Shown: one piece after another, positions 20,806 through 29,375 of the stretch
Layout: the number at the start of each line of letters is the position of its first letter
How positions within the stretch are numbered: position 1 is the first letter of the stretch
Assembly (NCBI GenBank): GCA_033719695.1
Contig: JAWWDX010000001.1
Coordinates: 1 to 60,808 of the forward strand
DNA: 60,808 bases
Source: Putridiphycobacter sp.
GTDB lineage: Bacteria > Bacteroidota > Bacteroidia > Flavobacteriales_D > Crocinitomicaceae
Reading direction: 5' to 3'
The notes under the pieces: generated by a model
Seen by the model: the letters and a program-made list of their open reading frames with translations, nothing else
Databases searched by the model: none
Told to the model about the DNA's origin: nothing
Translations under genes and position numbers: made by a program

Positions 20806-21413
20806 AGCTTTACGATTTGATAGGTAATTCCTAAATTGAAATATAAAAGTGGATCAACTGGCAAGTCTAAAGCACTTTGACTAGTCATCAATACAGATTG
20901 ACCTTCCAATGTCTCTAACACATAATGAGGTGAATAGTTTTGAGGTTGAAAGAAAAATCCTAAGTTAATTTTGAGGTTTTCATTGACTTTATAGTATCCT
21001 CCAATTCCTGTATTTAAACTCAAATAATATTGTTCAATTCTATCTTGAGAATTATCAGAAAATAAATAGCTAATTGGACTTACCGTCAAGTTATTATATG
21101 CAAAGCCTACTTGTACCCATGGCGACAGTTTTTTGTTAAATAATGGGGCATAATTAATACCAACACCTCCTTGAAAACGTCTAATGCTACCCGCATTCAA
21201 CAGATCGTTTGATTCGAGCATGCAATGTGTATTAAGTCCTATTCCTTTAGCAATATCAATTTGTAAATTCAACCCAACTCCGAAACCTTGGTAATTATCG
21301 GGTAAATTTAAGTTCTGGTAGAATTGTGTGCCAAGCGAAAGTGCTCCCGTATTATCACTTTGTCCAAACAACAGTGTTGGCATGATAAACAAAACTAATA
21401 GCCAAAATTTCAT
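20799..21413 (-). CDS. Outer-membrane beta-barrel protein (~8 strands)
   Basis: Signal peptide, SPWVQVGFAY, terminal FNLGITYQI. Confidence 0.75.
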   Translation of the reverse strand: MKFWLLVLFIMPTLLFGQSDNTGALSLGTQFYQNLNLPDNYQGFGVGLNLQIDIAKGIGLNTHCMLESNDLLNAGSIRRFQGGVGINYAPLFNKKLSPWVQVGFAYNNLTVSPISYLFSDNSQDRIEQYYLSLNTGIGGYYKVNENLKINLGFFFQPQNYSPHYVLETLEGQSVLMTSQSALDLPVDPLLYFNLGITYQIVKLW

Positions 21414-21579
21414 TTGTTTTTACGTTTCTGGTAGTTACAAATATAATGAAAAGTAGATGACTGTACGAATTATTCAATCTGATAAATGTCATTCCAAAAC
21501 AATGGTTTCTGTGAAGATATTAGAGTCCTTTTTGACCTAGAAACAACAATTTCATTGTAAATTTACGGGCAAAAAAACT

Positions 21580-22599
21580 ATGTCTCGTTTATTCTTGCGT
21601 TTTTCATGGGTTACCCTCGTCTTTATTTTTTTGGTTGTGATAGCAGGTAGTGTAGTGCGTTCTACGGGATCAGGCATGGGATGCCCAGATTGGCCAAAAT
21701 GTTTTGATCAAATTATTCCTCCAACCGATATTTCTGAATTACCGCCGAATTACAAAGAAATCTACTTGGATAAAAGGATTAAAAAGCTGCATAAATTCAC
21801 TGGTATTTTGTCCGCAATTGGCTTGAATGATGTCGCTCAAGAAATAGCGGCAGATGAGAGTATGTACAAGGAAGAAGACTTTAATTGGAAGCGCACATGG
21901 ACTGAATACGGTAACAGATTAGTTGGGTTTATAGCTGGTAATTTAGTGCTGATAACGCTCATTTGGGTCTTAGTTAAGTACCGGCGAAATAGACTTTTGG
22001 TTGGCTTATCCTTCTTAAACTTGGTACTGATGGCTTTTGAAGGTTGGTTAGGCTCAATTGTAGTAGCTACAAACTTACTTCCGTGGATTTTAACACTACA
22101 CATGCTATTTGCTCTCATTATCATATGGATCCAAATCAAAATAATACACCTGGCGGAAGTTAAAAATAATCGTGTTAAAATACCACGTTTGTTTGTAAAC
22201 CTTTTTTACTTAGCTATTTTTTTTACCATTGCGCAAATTTTGATGGGCGTGCAAGTAAGACAAGCAATTGATTTTCTGGTTGCGGAAAATGTTGATCGTG
22301 GAAAGTGGATAGGTAACTTAGATACGGATTTCTATTTCCACCGATCCTTTTCTTGGTTTATTTTAGCCCTTAATGGCTGGCTCTTTTGGAAAAACAAATC
22401 CTTACATATTGGCTTAAGCACCCTAAAGTACATTATTGCTATCATACTCATTGAATTTGTAACTGGTGTACTTTTTTCATATGCAGGAATGCCTGCGTTT
22501 ATTCAACCATTGCATTTATTAATGGCTTGTCTTTTGCTGGGAATTCAAATTTATAGTGTTAAATACTTTAAATTTACTAGAGAATCGTTGATTCGATAA
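21580..22599 (+). CDS. ctaA: COX15/CtaA family heme A synthase-like protein
   Basis: VRSTGSGMGCPDWPKC, eight TM-like segments, conserved His in TLHML, FHRS and PLHLL. Confidence 0.85.
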   Translation: MSRLFLRFSWVTLVFIFLVVIAGSVVRSTGSGMGCPDWPKCFDQIIPPTDISELPPNYKEIYLDKRIKKLHKFTGILSAIGLNDVAQEIAADESMYKEEDFNWKRTWTEYGNRLVGFIAGNLVLITLIWVLVKYRRNRLLVGLSFLNLVLMAFEGWLGSIVVATNLLPWILTLHMLFALIIIWIQIKIIHLAEVKNNRVKIPRLFVNLFYLAIFFTIAQILMGVQVRQAIDFLVAENVDRGKWIGNLDTDFYFHRSFSWFILALNGWLFWKNKSLHIGLSTLKYIIAIILIEFVTGVLFSYAGMPAFIQPLHLLMACLLLGIQIYSVKYFKFTRESLIR

Positions 22600-22654
22600 T
22601 TTATTCATGAATTTTTAGTTACATTTGCACCCCAAATTATTAGTATAATTGTAT

Positions 22655-23035
22655 ATGTTATTAAAAAACATAATTTTAAGAAAAGGTGAAGGTTTTGAGA
22701 CATCCATCCAAAAATGGGCTGACTTGAATAACATTAGTCATGAAATTTTTGATGGTAGTCAAGAATTATATGAGCTGGCTGATGCCATTGTACTTTTCCA
22801 CGAAGACTATAATATTTCCAAAGAAAATGCCGCTATTAAGGACTTATTTTCAAATAATGGTAAGTTTTCACATAGCATTGATGTCAATGGAACGTTGATG
22901 GCATCCGTATCGTCATTCGTATTTTGGTTAGAAAACCATAAGCCAAAATCTGTTTTAATTATTGGCGACAATAAATTAGTTGAAAATAAAAAATTCAATA
23001 CCTATTTAGAAAGGTTAAGTGAGCGAATTAAGTAA
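22655..23035 (+). CDS. Hypothetical alpha/beta protein, possibly a degenerate SLOG/YpsA-like fold
   Basis: Has its own TACATTTG promoter and a downstream terminator. Fold guess is by eye only. Confidence 0.6.
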   Translation: MLLKNIILRKGEGFETSIQKWADLNNISHEIFDGSQELYELADAIVLFHEDYNISKENAAIKDLFSNNGKFSHSIDVNGTLMASVSSFVFWLENHKPKSVLIIGDNKLVENKKFNTYLERLSERIK

Positions 23036-23056
23036 ATAGTAAAATAATACGAATTC

Positions 23057-23092
23057 AAAAAAGGGTCTTACTTATAGCAAGACCCTTTTTTT
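23057..23092. terminator. Bidirectional intrinsic terminator
   Basis: AAAAAAGGGTCTT-ACTTATAGC-AAGACCCTTTTTTT between convergent genes. Confidence 0.9.
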
Positions 23093-23110
23093 ATGAGTTT
23101 TTCTGTCGCC

Positions 23111-24184
23111 TCAATAGTCAATTAATTCTACATCAAATAACAAATCAGAATAAGGTGGAATTGGGCCACCACCATTTGGTCCGTATCCTAACCAATACGG
23201 GATAATTAATTTATATTTTGCACCTTTATTCATTAATGGAATACCTTCGTCCCAACCAGCAATCACACGACCTTGTCCACAATTAAATTCAAATGGTGTA
23301 CCTCTATCAACAGAAGAATCAAACTTTCCACTTCCGTCTAAATAATACCCTGTATAATGCACTTTAACTTTTGTTCCGTTTGCATTTGGAGATTCTCCTG
23401 TCCCTGTTTTCTCAACTACATACATTAAGCCAGATTCAGTTTGCACCGCTTTCGGATACTGAGTTAACACCCTTTCTTTGAAGTCTGCTTTTTTTTCATC
23501 CATACTCATAGCTTGTAACTTTTTAAGGCGTTCTAGTTTCTTTTTTTCCACCACTGCAATTTGGTCGGACACTTTTTTGAAAACCTCTGTAGCGTTAAAC
23601 TGTTTTGCTTCCTTTCCAAATCTGATTATTGTTATCGCTGTAATGGTGTCGTTTTGGGCAATGGCGTCAACCACATCTTGTCCTTTTACGACTTGTCCAA
23701 AAACAGTATGACGGCCATTTAGCCAAGGCGTGGCCTTGTGTGTAATGAAAAACTGGCTACCGTTAGTATGCGTTCCTGAATTTGCCATTGATAAAATACC
23801 CGGACCATCATGCACTAAATCTTTATGAATCTCATCATAAAATTTATACCCAGGATCTCCTGTGCCATTCCCTAATGGATCTCCACCTTGTATCATAAAG
23901 TTAGCAATGACTCTATGAAATAGAAGCCCATCATAAAAAGGTTTGTCGAACGTTTTTTCTCCATTCACAAAATTACCTTCTGCCAAACCAACAAAGTTTG
24001 CTACAGTCATAGGCGCTTTTTCAAATTCCAATTGCAAATAAATATCACCTTTGTTTGTTGACATAACGGCATACATGCCCTTTTCAAGTCCTAATTTTTT
24101 TATATCCTTTTTTGAAAAAGACTTTTGCGCCATACCACTAAACAGTAGTATGACAAAAAATAATGTTAATCCAATGTTTTTCAT
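23111..24184 (-). CDS. Cyclophilin-FKBP dual-domain peptidyl-prolyl isomerase (exported)
   Basis: FHRVIANFMIQGGDP, SMANSG..TNGSQFFITH (cyclophilin); VHYTG...FDSS..RG.PF...VIAGWDEG...GYG...LLFDVEL (FKBP). Confidence 0.95.
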   Translation of the reverse strand: MKNIGLTLFFVILLFSGMAQKSFSKKDIKKLGLEKGMYAVMSTNKGDIYLQLEFEKAPMTVANFVGLAEGNFVNGEKTFDKPFYDGLLFHRVIANFMIQGGDPLGNGTGDPGYKFYDEIHKDLVHDGPGILSMANSGTHTNGSQFFITHKATPWLNGRHTVFGQVVKGQDVVDAIAQNDTITAITIIRFGKEAKQFNATEVFKKVSDQIAVVEKKKLERLKKLQAMSMDEKKADFKERVLTQYPKAVQTESGLMYVVEKTGTGESPNANGTKVKVHYTGYYLDGSGKFDSSVDRGTPFEFNCGQGRVIAGWDEGIPLMNKGAKYKLIIPYWLGYGPNGGGPIPPYSDLLFDVELIDY

Positions 24185-24331
24185 TCCTGTTAAATTTTTT
24201 TAGGGTTTAAAGATACTAAGTAAACTTCGTATCGTCAAACTTATATTTTATATCATTCACACAGTTGTCTGCAAAAAAGAAACCAAAATAAATTTTTAAT
24301 AATAACATAGAAGATTTACTACTTTTGTAAC

Positions 24332-25354
24332 ATGGTTTTTGTAACAGGTGGTACGGGTGTATTGGGCGCTCACTTATTGGTTGAACTATGCAAAGCAGGT
24401 AAAAGTATACGCGCTATCAAACGACCAAGTTCAGACTTGCAGATGGTTAAAGATATTTTTAACTTTTACCTTTATGGAGATGCCGAGGCCTTATTTAATC
24501 AGATTGACTGGGTCGAAGGCGACATTCTAGACATCCCTATCCTTGAAGAACTGATGACAGGAACAGACATTGTATACCACTGTGCTGGTAACGTTTCCTT
24601 TGACAAAAAAGATTTTCAAAAACTTATTAAAACCAATAAACTTGGAACAGCCAATATGGTAAATGTGGCCCTTTCGACTGGGGTTAAACAGTTTTGCCAC
24701 GTTAGTTCTACAGCTGCCATTGGCAGACAAAAGAAAAGTGAAGTATATACTGAAAAACAACAATGGGTTACTTCCAGCGAAAATTCAAATTATGCTGTGA
24801 GCAAGTATAGTGCAGAAATGGAAGTTTGGAGGGGAGTAGAAGAAGGTTTAAATGCCACTATTGTTAATCCTTGTGTAATCCTTGGGGCTGGTTATTGGAC
24901 AGAAAGCTCACTTTCAATCTTCGATTCGGTTCAAAATGGACTGAAATTTTATCCTTCAGGGCAAAATGCTTTTGTAGATGCTAGGGATGTTGCTAGGATA
25001 ATGGTACAATTAATTGACCAGAAAATCATGAAAGAACGTTTCTTAGTGACAAGCGAAAATTTGCAGTTTAAAGTCTTATTTGATTTAATAGCTGATGCCC
25101 TAAATGTGAAACCACCACAAATTTCTGCTAAAAAATGGATGGTAGAATTAGGATGGAGACTTGAAAGGTTATTGGCCTTGATCACGTTTCGACGTCCGAA
25201 AATCACAAAAGAAACAGCTCGAAATGCAATGAGTGAATCAAAGTACGATCATTCTAAAATTGTAACAGCACTAAACTATCAATTCATACCAATAAAAGAC
25301 GCTGTAAAAAATGCCGTAGCCTTTCACCTACAATACAATCGGAAAAAAAACTAA
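24332..25354 (+). CDS. NAD-dependent epimerase/dehydratase (extended SDR)
   Basis: VTGGTGVLG, HVSS, YAVSK. TACTTTTG lies 4 nt before the ATG. Confidence 0.9.
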   Translation: MVFVTGGTGVLGAHLLVELCKAGKSIRAIKRPSSDLQMVKDIFNFYLYGDAEALFNQIDWVEGDILDIPILEELMTGTDIVYHCAGNVSFDKKDFQKLIKTNKLGTANMVNVALSTGVKQFCHVSSTAAIGRQKKSEVYTEKQQWVTSSENSNYAVSKYSAEMEVWRGVEEGLNATIVNPCVILGAGYWTESSLSIFDSVQNGLKFYPSGQNAFVDARDVARIMVQLIDQKIMKERFLVTSENLQFKVLFDLIADALNVKPPQISAKKWMVELGWRLERLLALITFRRPKITKETARNAMSESKYDHSKIVTALNYQFIPIKDAVKNAVAFHLQYNRKKN

Positions 25355-25419
25355 GATTGTTAATAAATTAATGTAATCCACAAGGGCTTCTCCTTTACTT
25401 TTGTATAAAATTTTTTAAC

Positions 25420-26706
25420 ATGAATATTTTAGTTTTAGGTTCAGGCGGAAGAGAGCATGCCATATCATGGAAAATTGCTCAAAGCTCTCAACTCGACAAA
25501 TTGTTTATTGCACCAGGAAATGCGGGCACCAATCAAGTTGGTGTAAATGTAGATCTTCAAGTAAATGATTTTGAAGGTATTCGACAGTTTGTAATTGACA
25601 ATAAAATTGATATTGTTGTTGTTGGTCCCGAAGAACCTTTGGTAAAAGGAATTCATGATTATTTTTTAGCTGACGAAGACCTTAAAAAAGTGGGCGTTAT
25701 TGGTCCTACTAAAGACGGTGCTCAATTGGAAGGCAGTAAAGATTTTTCTAAGGAATTTATGAAGAAATACAATATTCCTACTGCAAAATACGCCACCTTT
25801 ACTAAAGATAGTATTGAAGCTGGATACAAATTCCTAGATAGCATGAAAGCGCCGTATGTTTTAAAAGCAGACGGGTTAGCAGCAGGTAAAGGTGTGCTTA
25901 TACTTGATAATCTTGAAGAGGCCAAAAATGAATTAGAGAATATGCTAGCCAATGCCAAATTTGGGGAAGCCTCATCTAAGGTTGTCATTGAAGAATTCTT
26001 AAGCGGTATTGAAATGTCCGTATTCGTTTTAACAGACGGGATATCCTATAAAATATTGCCGGAAGCTAAAGATTATAAACGGATTGGTGAAGGTGATACA
26101 GGTTTAAATACAGGTGGTATGGGTGCCGTTTCGCCAGTGCCTTTTGCAACTCCTGGGTTTAAAGATAAAATAGAAAATCAAATCATTATTCCAACCATCA
26201 AAGGTTTAAAAAAGGAGGGTATAAATTACAAAGGTTTTATTTTTATTGGCATTATCAAAGTAGGGAACGACCCTTATGTAATAGAATATAATTGCCGAAT
26301 GGGTGACCCAGAAACAGAAGTTGTAATGCCTCGCTTGAGATCAGATATTATTGATTTATTTGAAGGCGTTGCTACATCTACATTGTCTGAACGTGATATT
26401 ATGTTTTACGACAAAGCTGCTGCTGGTGTCATGATGGTTTCTGGAGGCTACCCTAATAGCTACGAAAAAGAAAAAGAAATAAACGGTTTACATGATGTTG
26501 TAGATGCGCTTGTTTTCCATGCAGGCACAAAACAAGACGGCGCTAAAACGATTACAAGTGGCGGAAGGGTGTTATGCGTCACAGCTTACGGTAAAGACTT
26601 TGAAAAAGCACTTACTAAAAGTTATGAAAACACTAAAAAAATTAGTTTCGACAAGGCTTACTACCGAAAAGACATTGGATTCGATTTGGAATTACCAGAA
26701 GATTAA
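25420..26706 (+). CDS. purD: Phosphoribosylamine--glycine ligase
   Basis: GSGGREHA, PGNAG, KADGLAAGKGV, NTGGMGA, EYNCRMGDPE and HAGT motifs. Confidence 0.97.
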   Translation: MNILVLGSGGREHAISWKIAQSSQLDKLFIAPGNAGTNQVGVNVDLQVNDFEGIRQFVIDNKIDIVVVGPEEPLVKGIHDYFLADEDLKKVGVIGPTKDGAQLEGSKDFSKEFMKKYNIPTAKYATFTKDSIEAGYKFLDSMKAPYVLKADGLAAGKGVLILDNLEEAKNELENMLANAKFGEASSKVVIEEFLSGIEMSVFVLTDGISYKILPEAKDYKRIGEGDTGLNTGGMGAVSPVPFATPGFKDKIENQIIIPTIKGLKKEGINYKGFIFIGIIKVGNDPYVIEYNCRMGDPETEVVMPRLRSDIIDLFEGVATSTLSERDIMFYDKAAAGVMMVSGGYPNSYEKEKEINGLHDVVDALVFHAGTKQDGAKTITSGGRVLCVTAYGKDFEKALTKSYENTKKISFDKAYYRKDIGFDLELPED

Positions 26707-26762
26707 TCGTGAACCAATATTTTTTAGTAAATTCGTATAAAGGAATATATTTTTAATATAAA

Positions 26763-26900
26763 ATGGACGACGAACCCCAGAGGCCTGACTTATTTACATT
26801 TCAACCGTTTATATATGTTTGTGATTTTTTAAATCGACAAATAGCTAAAAGTTGCCCAAGCATTTTTGAATCTTGTTCATTAAATCATTTAAGAAAATGA
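26763..26900 (+). CDS. Putative 45-aa leader ORF coupled to the downstream CNNM/CorC gene
   Basis: MDDEPQRPDLFTFQPFIYVCDFLNRQIAKSCPSIFESCSLNHLRK*. First AUG after TAAATTCG (26728-35), in A-rich context; its stop overlaps the next ATG (ATGA, 26897-26900). Confidence 0.45.
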   Translation: MDDEPQRPDLFTFQPFIYVCDFLNRQIAKSCPSIFESCSLNHLRK

Positions 26901-28144
26901 TTTCAATTTACATCATAGTAACTTTATTAGCATCTGCCTTTTTTTCTGGAATGGAGATTGCATTTATTTCTGCCAATCGCCTAAAAATAGAATTAGATAA
27001 AAACAATGGCTCTTTAAACGGCAGACTGCTTTCATTCTTCGTTAACAACGAATCGAGCTTTATTAGCACCATGTTGCTTGGCAATAATATTGCCTTAGTA
27101 GTTTATGGAATTTATATGGCTAAAGCACTGGAACCTTCATTAGCGCTGATGTACAACAATCAAGTCTTTATTCTGGTTAGTCAAACCATAGTGTCAACGC
27201 TTATTGTGCTTGTTACAGCTGAGTTTTTGCCAAAAGCCATTTTCAGAATTAACCCTAATCGGTCTTTGTCGGTTTTCTCTTTCCTACTTTTTCTTGTGTA
27301 CTGGGCTCTTATAGTTCCTACCATAATCACCACCTATTTTTCAAAGCTTTTTCTTAAAATTTTTGGTGTTAACATTGAAAATACAAAGCAGGCTTTTTCC
27401 ATTGTCGATTTAGATGATTATGTAAAAGACATTACCGATAGAATGGAAGATGAGTTTGAGATGGAAAATGAAATCCAGATTCTCCAAAATGCATTAGATT
27501 TTTCAACAACCAAAGCGCGAGATTGCATGATTCCCAGAACTGAGATTACAGCCGTTAATGTTGAGATTTCTATTGCTGAATTAAAAAGGCGTTTTATAGA
27601 AACAGGTTACTCTAAGATATTAGTATATCGTGATTCAATTGATCATATTATTGGCTATGTACACTCCTACGAATTATTTAAAAAGCCAGAATCGCTCAAA
27701 CAAATATTGCTCCCAATAAGTATTGTACCTGAAGCCATTTTAGTGAAGGTATTACTAGAGCAATTCACTAAGCAGAAAAGAAGTGTTGCCGTAGTTGTTG
27801 ATGAATTTGGTGGAACATCTGGAATGATTACGGTTGAAGATATCATTGAAGAGATATTTGGTGAAATACAAGATGAACATGATTCTGATGAATTGACCGA
27901 AAAACAAGTAGACGATCTTAGCTTCTTGTTTTCAGCACGGCTAGAAATCAGTTATTTAAACGATAAATATAATTTGCATTTCGACGAAAAAGATGAGTAC
28001 GAAACACTGGGTGGACTTATCTTTAATGAATTAGAAGAAATTCCTGAAAAAGGTACGAAGTTTAATTATAAAGACTATATCATTTCAATTGTAGAAGTGT
28101 CTTCAAATAAAATTGAACTCGTCAAAATAAGTCTTGATAATTAA
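26897..28144 (+). CDS. Hemolysin family CNNM/CBS/CorC-HlyC protein (putative Mg2+/Co2+ exporter)
   Basis: SAFFSGMEIAF, LLGNN, AEFLPK, CBS pair (VVDEFGGTSG..TVEDIIEEIFGEI.DEHD), YETLGG. Confidence 0.9.
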   Translation: MISIYIIVTLLASAFFSGMEIAFISANRLKIELDKNNGSLNGRLLSFFVNNESSFISTMLLGNNIALVVYGIYMAKALEPSLALMYNNQVFILVSQTIVSTLIVLVTAEFLPKAIFRINPNRSLSVFSFLLFLVYWALIVPTIITTYFSKLFLKIFGVNIENTKQAFSIVDLDDYVKDITDRMEDEFEMENEIQILQNALDFSTTKARDCMIPRTEITAVNVEISIAELKRRFIETGYSKILVYRDSIDHIIGYVHSYELFKKPESLKQILLPISIVPEAILVKVLLEQFTKQKRSVAVVVDEFGGTSGMITVEDIIEEIFGEIQDEHDSDELTEKQVDDLSFLFSARLEISYLNDKYNLHFDEKDEYETLGGLIFNELEEIPEKGTKFNYKDYIISIVEVSSNKIELVKISLDN

Positions 28145-28216
28145 AATCTATTGACTCCTTTTCTTTTGAGTAATTCAATAAAATTGCATATTTTTGTGTG
28201 AATTGAACAAATCAAT

Positions 28217-28639
28217 ATGTTTAAAGGAAATAATTCAAAAGAAGCAGCAAACCCGACCAATCAAATTAATAGATTAGTTGAAGGCACCACTGTTGTGGGA
28301 GATATTTTAACTGAAGGAAATATTAGAATTGATGGTGTCATTAATGGTAATGTTTCTATTAAAGGTAAACTAGTTCTGGGTATAAATGGTAAGATTGAAG
28401 GAGATATCAGATGCCTAAATGCCGATATAGAAGGAACCGTTTTAGGTAATATTTATGTAGATGGACTGCTTATTTTGAAAGAAACTTCTAAAGTAGAAGG
28501 CAAGATTTCAACTCATAAAATAGGTGTATTAGAAGGTGCAGAATTTACAGGAACTTGCTCAATGAATTCAGATGCCTCACACCCAATTAAAGAGGACATC
28601 AAATTAGACAGCGCAGAAGAGCCAGAAATGGTGTATTAA
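28217..28639 (+). CDS. Bactofilin (polymer-forming cytoskeletal protein)
   Basis: GT.VVGDI..EGNIRIDG.I.G beta-helix repeats, GAEFTGTC. TATTTTTG promoter at 28189-96. Confidence 0.9.
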   Translation: MFKGNNSKEAANPTNQINRLVEGTTVVGDILTEGNIRIDGVINGNVSIKGKLVLGINGKIEGDIRCLNADIEGTVLGNIYVDGLLILKETSKVEGKISTHKIGVLEGAEFTGTCSMNSDASHPIKEDIKLDSAEEPEMVY

Positions 28640-28640
28640 A

Positions 28641-28874
28641 ATGTCAAATAAAAACAATTATCTCAAATATTCCTCATTAGGTTTTCAAATGGCCATTACC
28701 ATTGGCTTGGCAGCATGGGGCGGCACTGCCTTAGATAAACATTATAACACTAAACAACCTGTCTTTACCATTGTATTAATTTTACTTGGTATCGCTGTAG
28801 CATTATACCAAGTCATAAAAGAAGTCAGTAAATTGTCAAAAGAAGACGAGGAAGAAAATACCACAATAAAATGA
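28641..28874 (+). CDS. AtpZ/AtpI family membrane protein
   Basis: LKYSSLGFQM...G..LD...P; two TM segments; upstream of atpB. Confidence 0.8.
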   Translation: MSNKNNYLKYSSLGFQMAITIGLAAWGGTALDKHYNTKQPVFTIVLILLGIAVALYQVIKEVSKLSKEDEEENTTIK

Positions 28875-29293
28875 AACAAACCAAACTAAAGCAATTCTTG
28901 TTACTAGAATTGTTATTCATGATTCTTTTAGGTGGTATTCATTACCTAATCATTACCAGTTTTTTACCGCCAATATATGCGTCTTTTAAAGTGGTGTTAA
29001 TTTATATATTTCTGCTGTCATTCTCCTTACTTGGCACTTGGGCAATTTTCACTATCAGTAAAAATGACGACTCTCTAATTGGCAAAGGTTTTTTAGTTTT
29101 TACTGTTTTAAAAATACTAGGATCCTTTGCTTTTCTGCTGCCATTCTTATTGAATCAAGATGAGAGTACGAAGCCTTTTGTTTATCAATTTTTTGCTGTG
29201 TTTTTCCCTAGTCTAATCCTAGAAACTTTGATCATCCTAAAGTTAACGAATCTTGCTGAAGTAGAAAAAATCAAAAAGCAGGAAAATCAATAA
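28871..29293 (+). CDS. Four-TM membrane protein, AtpI-like
   Basis: Four hydrophobic helices; lies immediately before atpB. Confidence 0.65.
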   Translation: MKQTKLKQFLLLELLFMILLGGIHYLIITSFLPPIYASFKVVLIYIFLLSFSLLGTWAIFTISKNDDSLIGKGFLVFTVLKILGSFAFLLPFLLNQDESTKPFVYQFFAVFFPSLILETLIILKLTNLAEVEKIKKQENQ

Positions 29294-29322
29294 TTTTTAC
29301 TTGTTAGTTTAGTTTTTATCCA

Positions 29323-29330
29323 TACCTTTG
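29323..29330 (+). promoter_or_regulatory. Internal -7 promoter element TACCTTTG upstream of atpB
   Basis: Consensus TAnnTTTG with TTG about 22 nt upstream. Confidence 0.65.
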
Positions 29331-29375
29331 CGCAAAATTTTTTGACTACGCCATATTTGCGTCAATTGAATTGAT

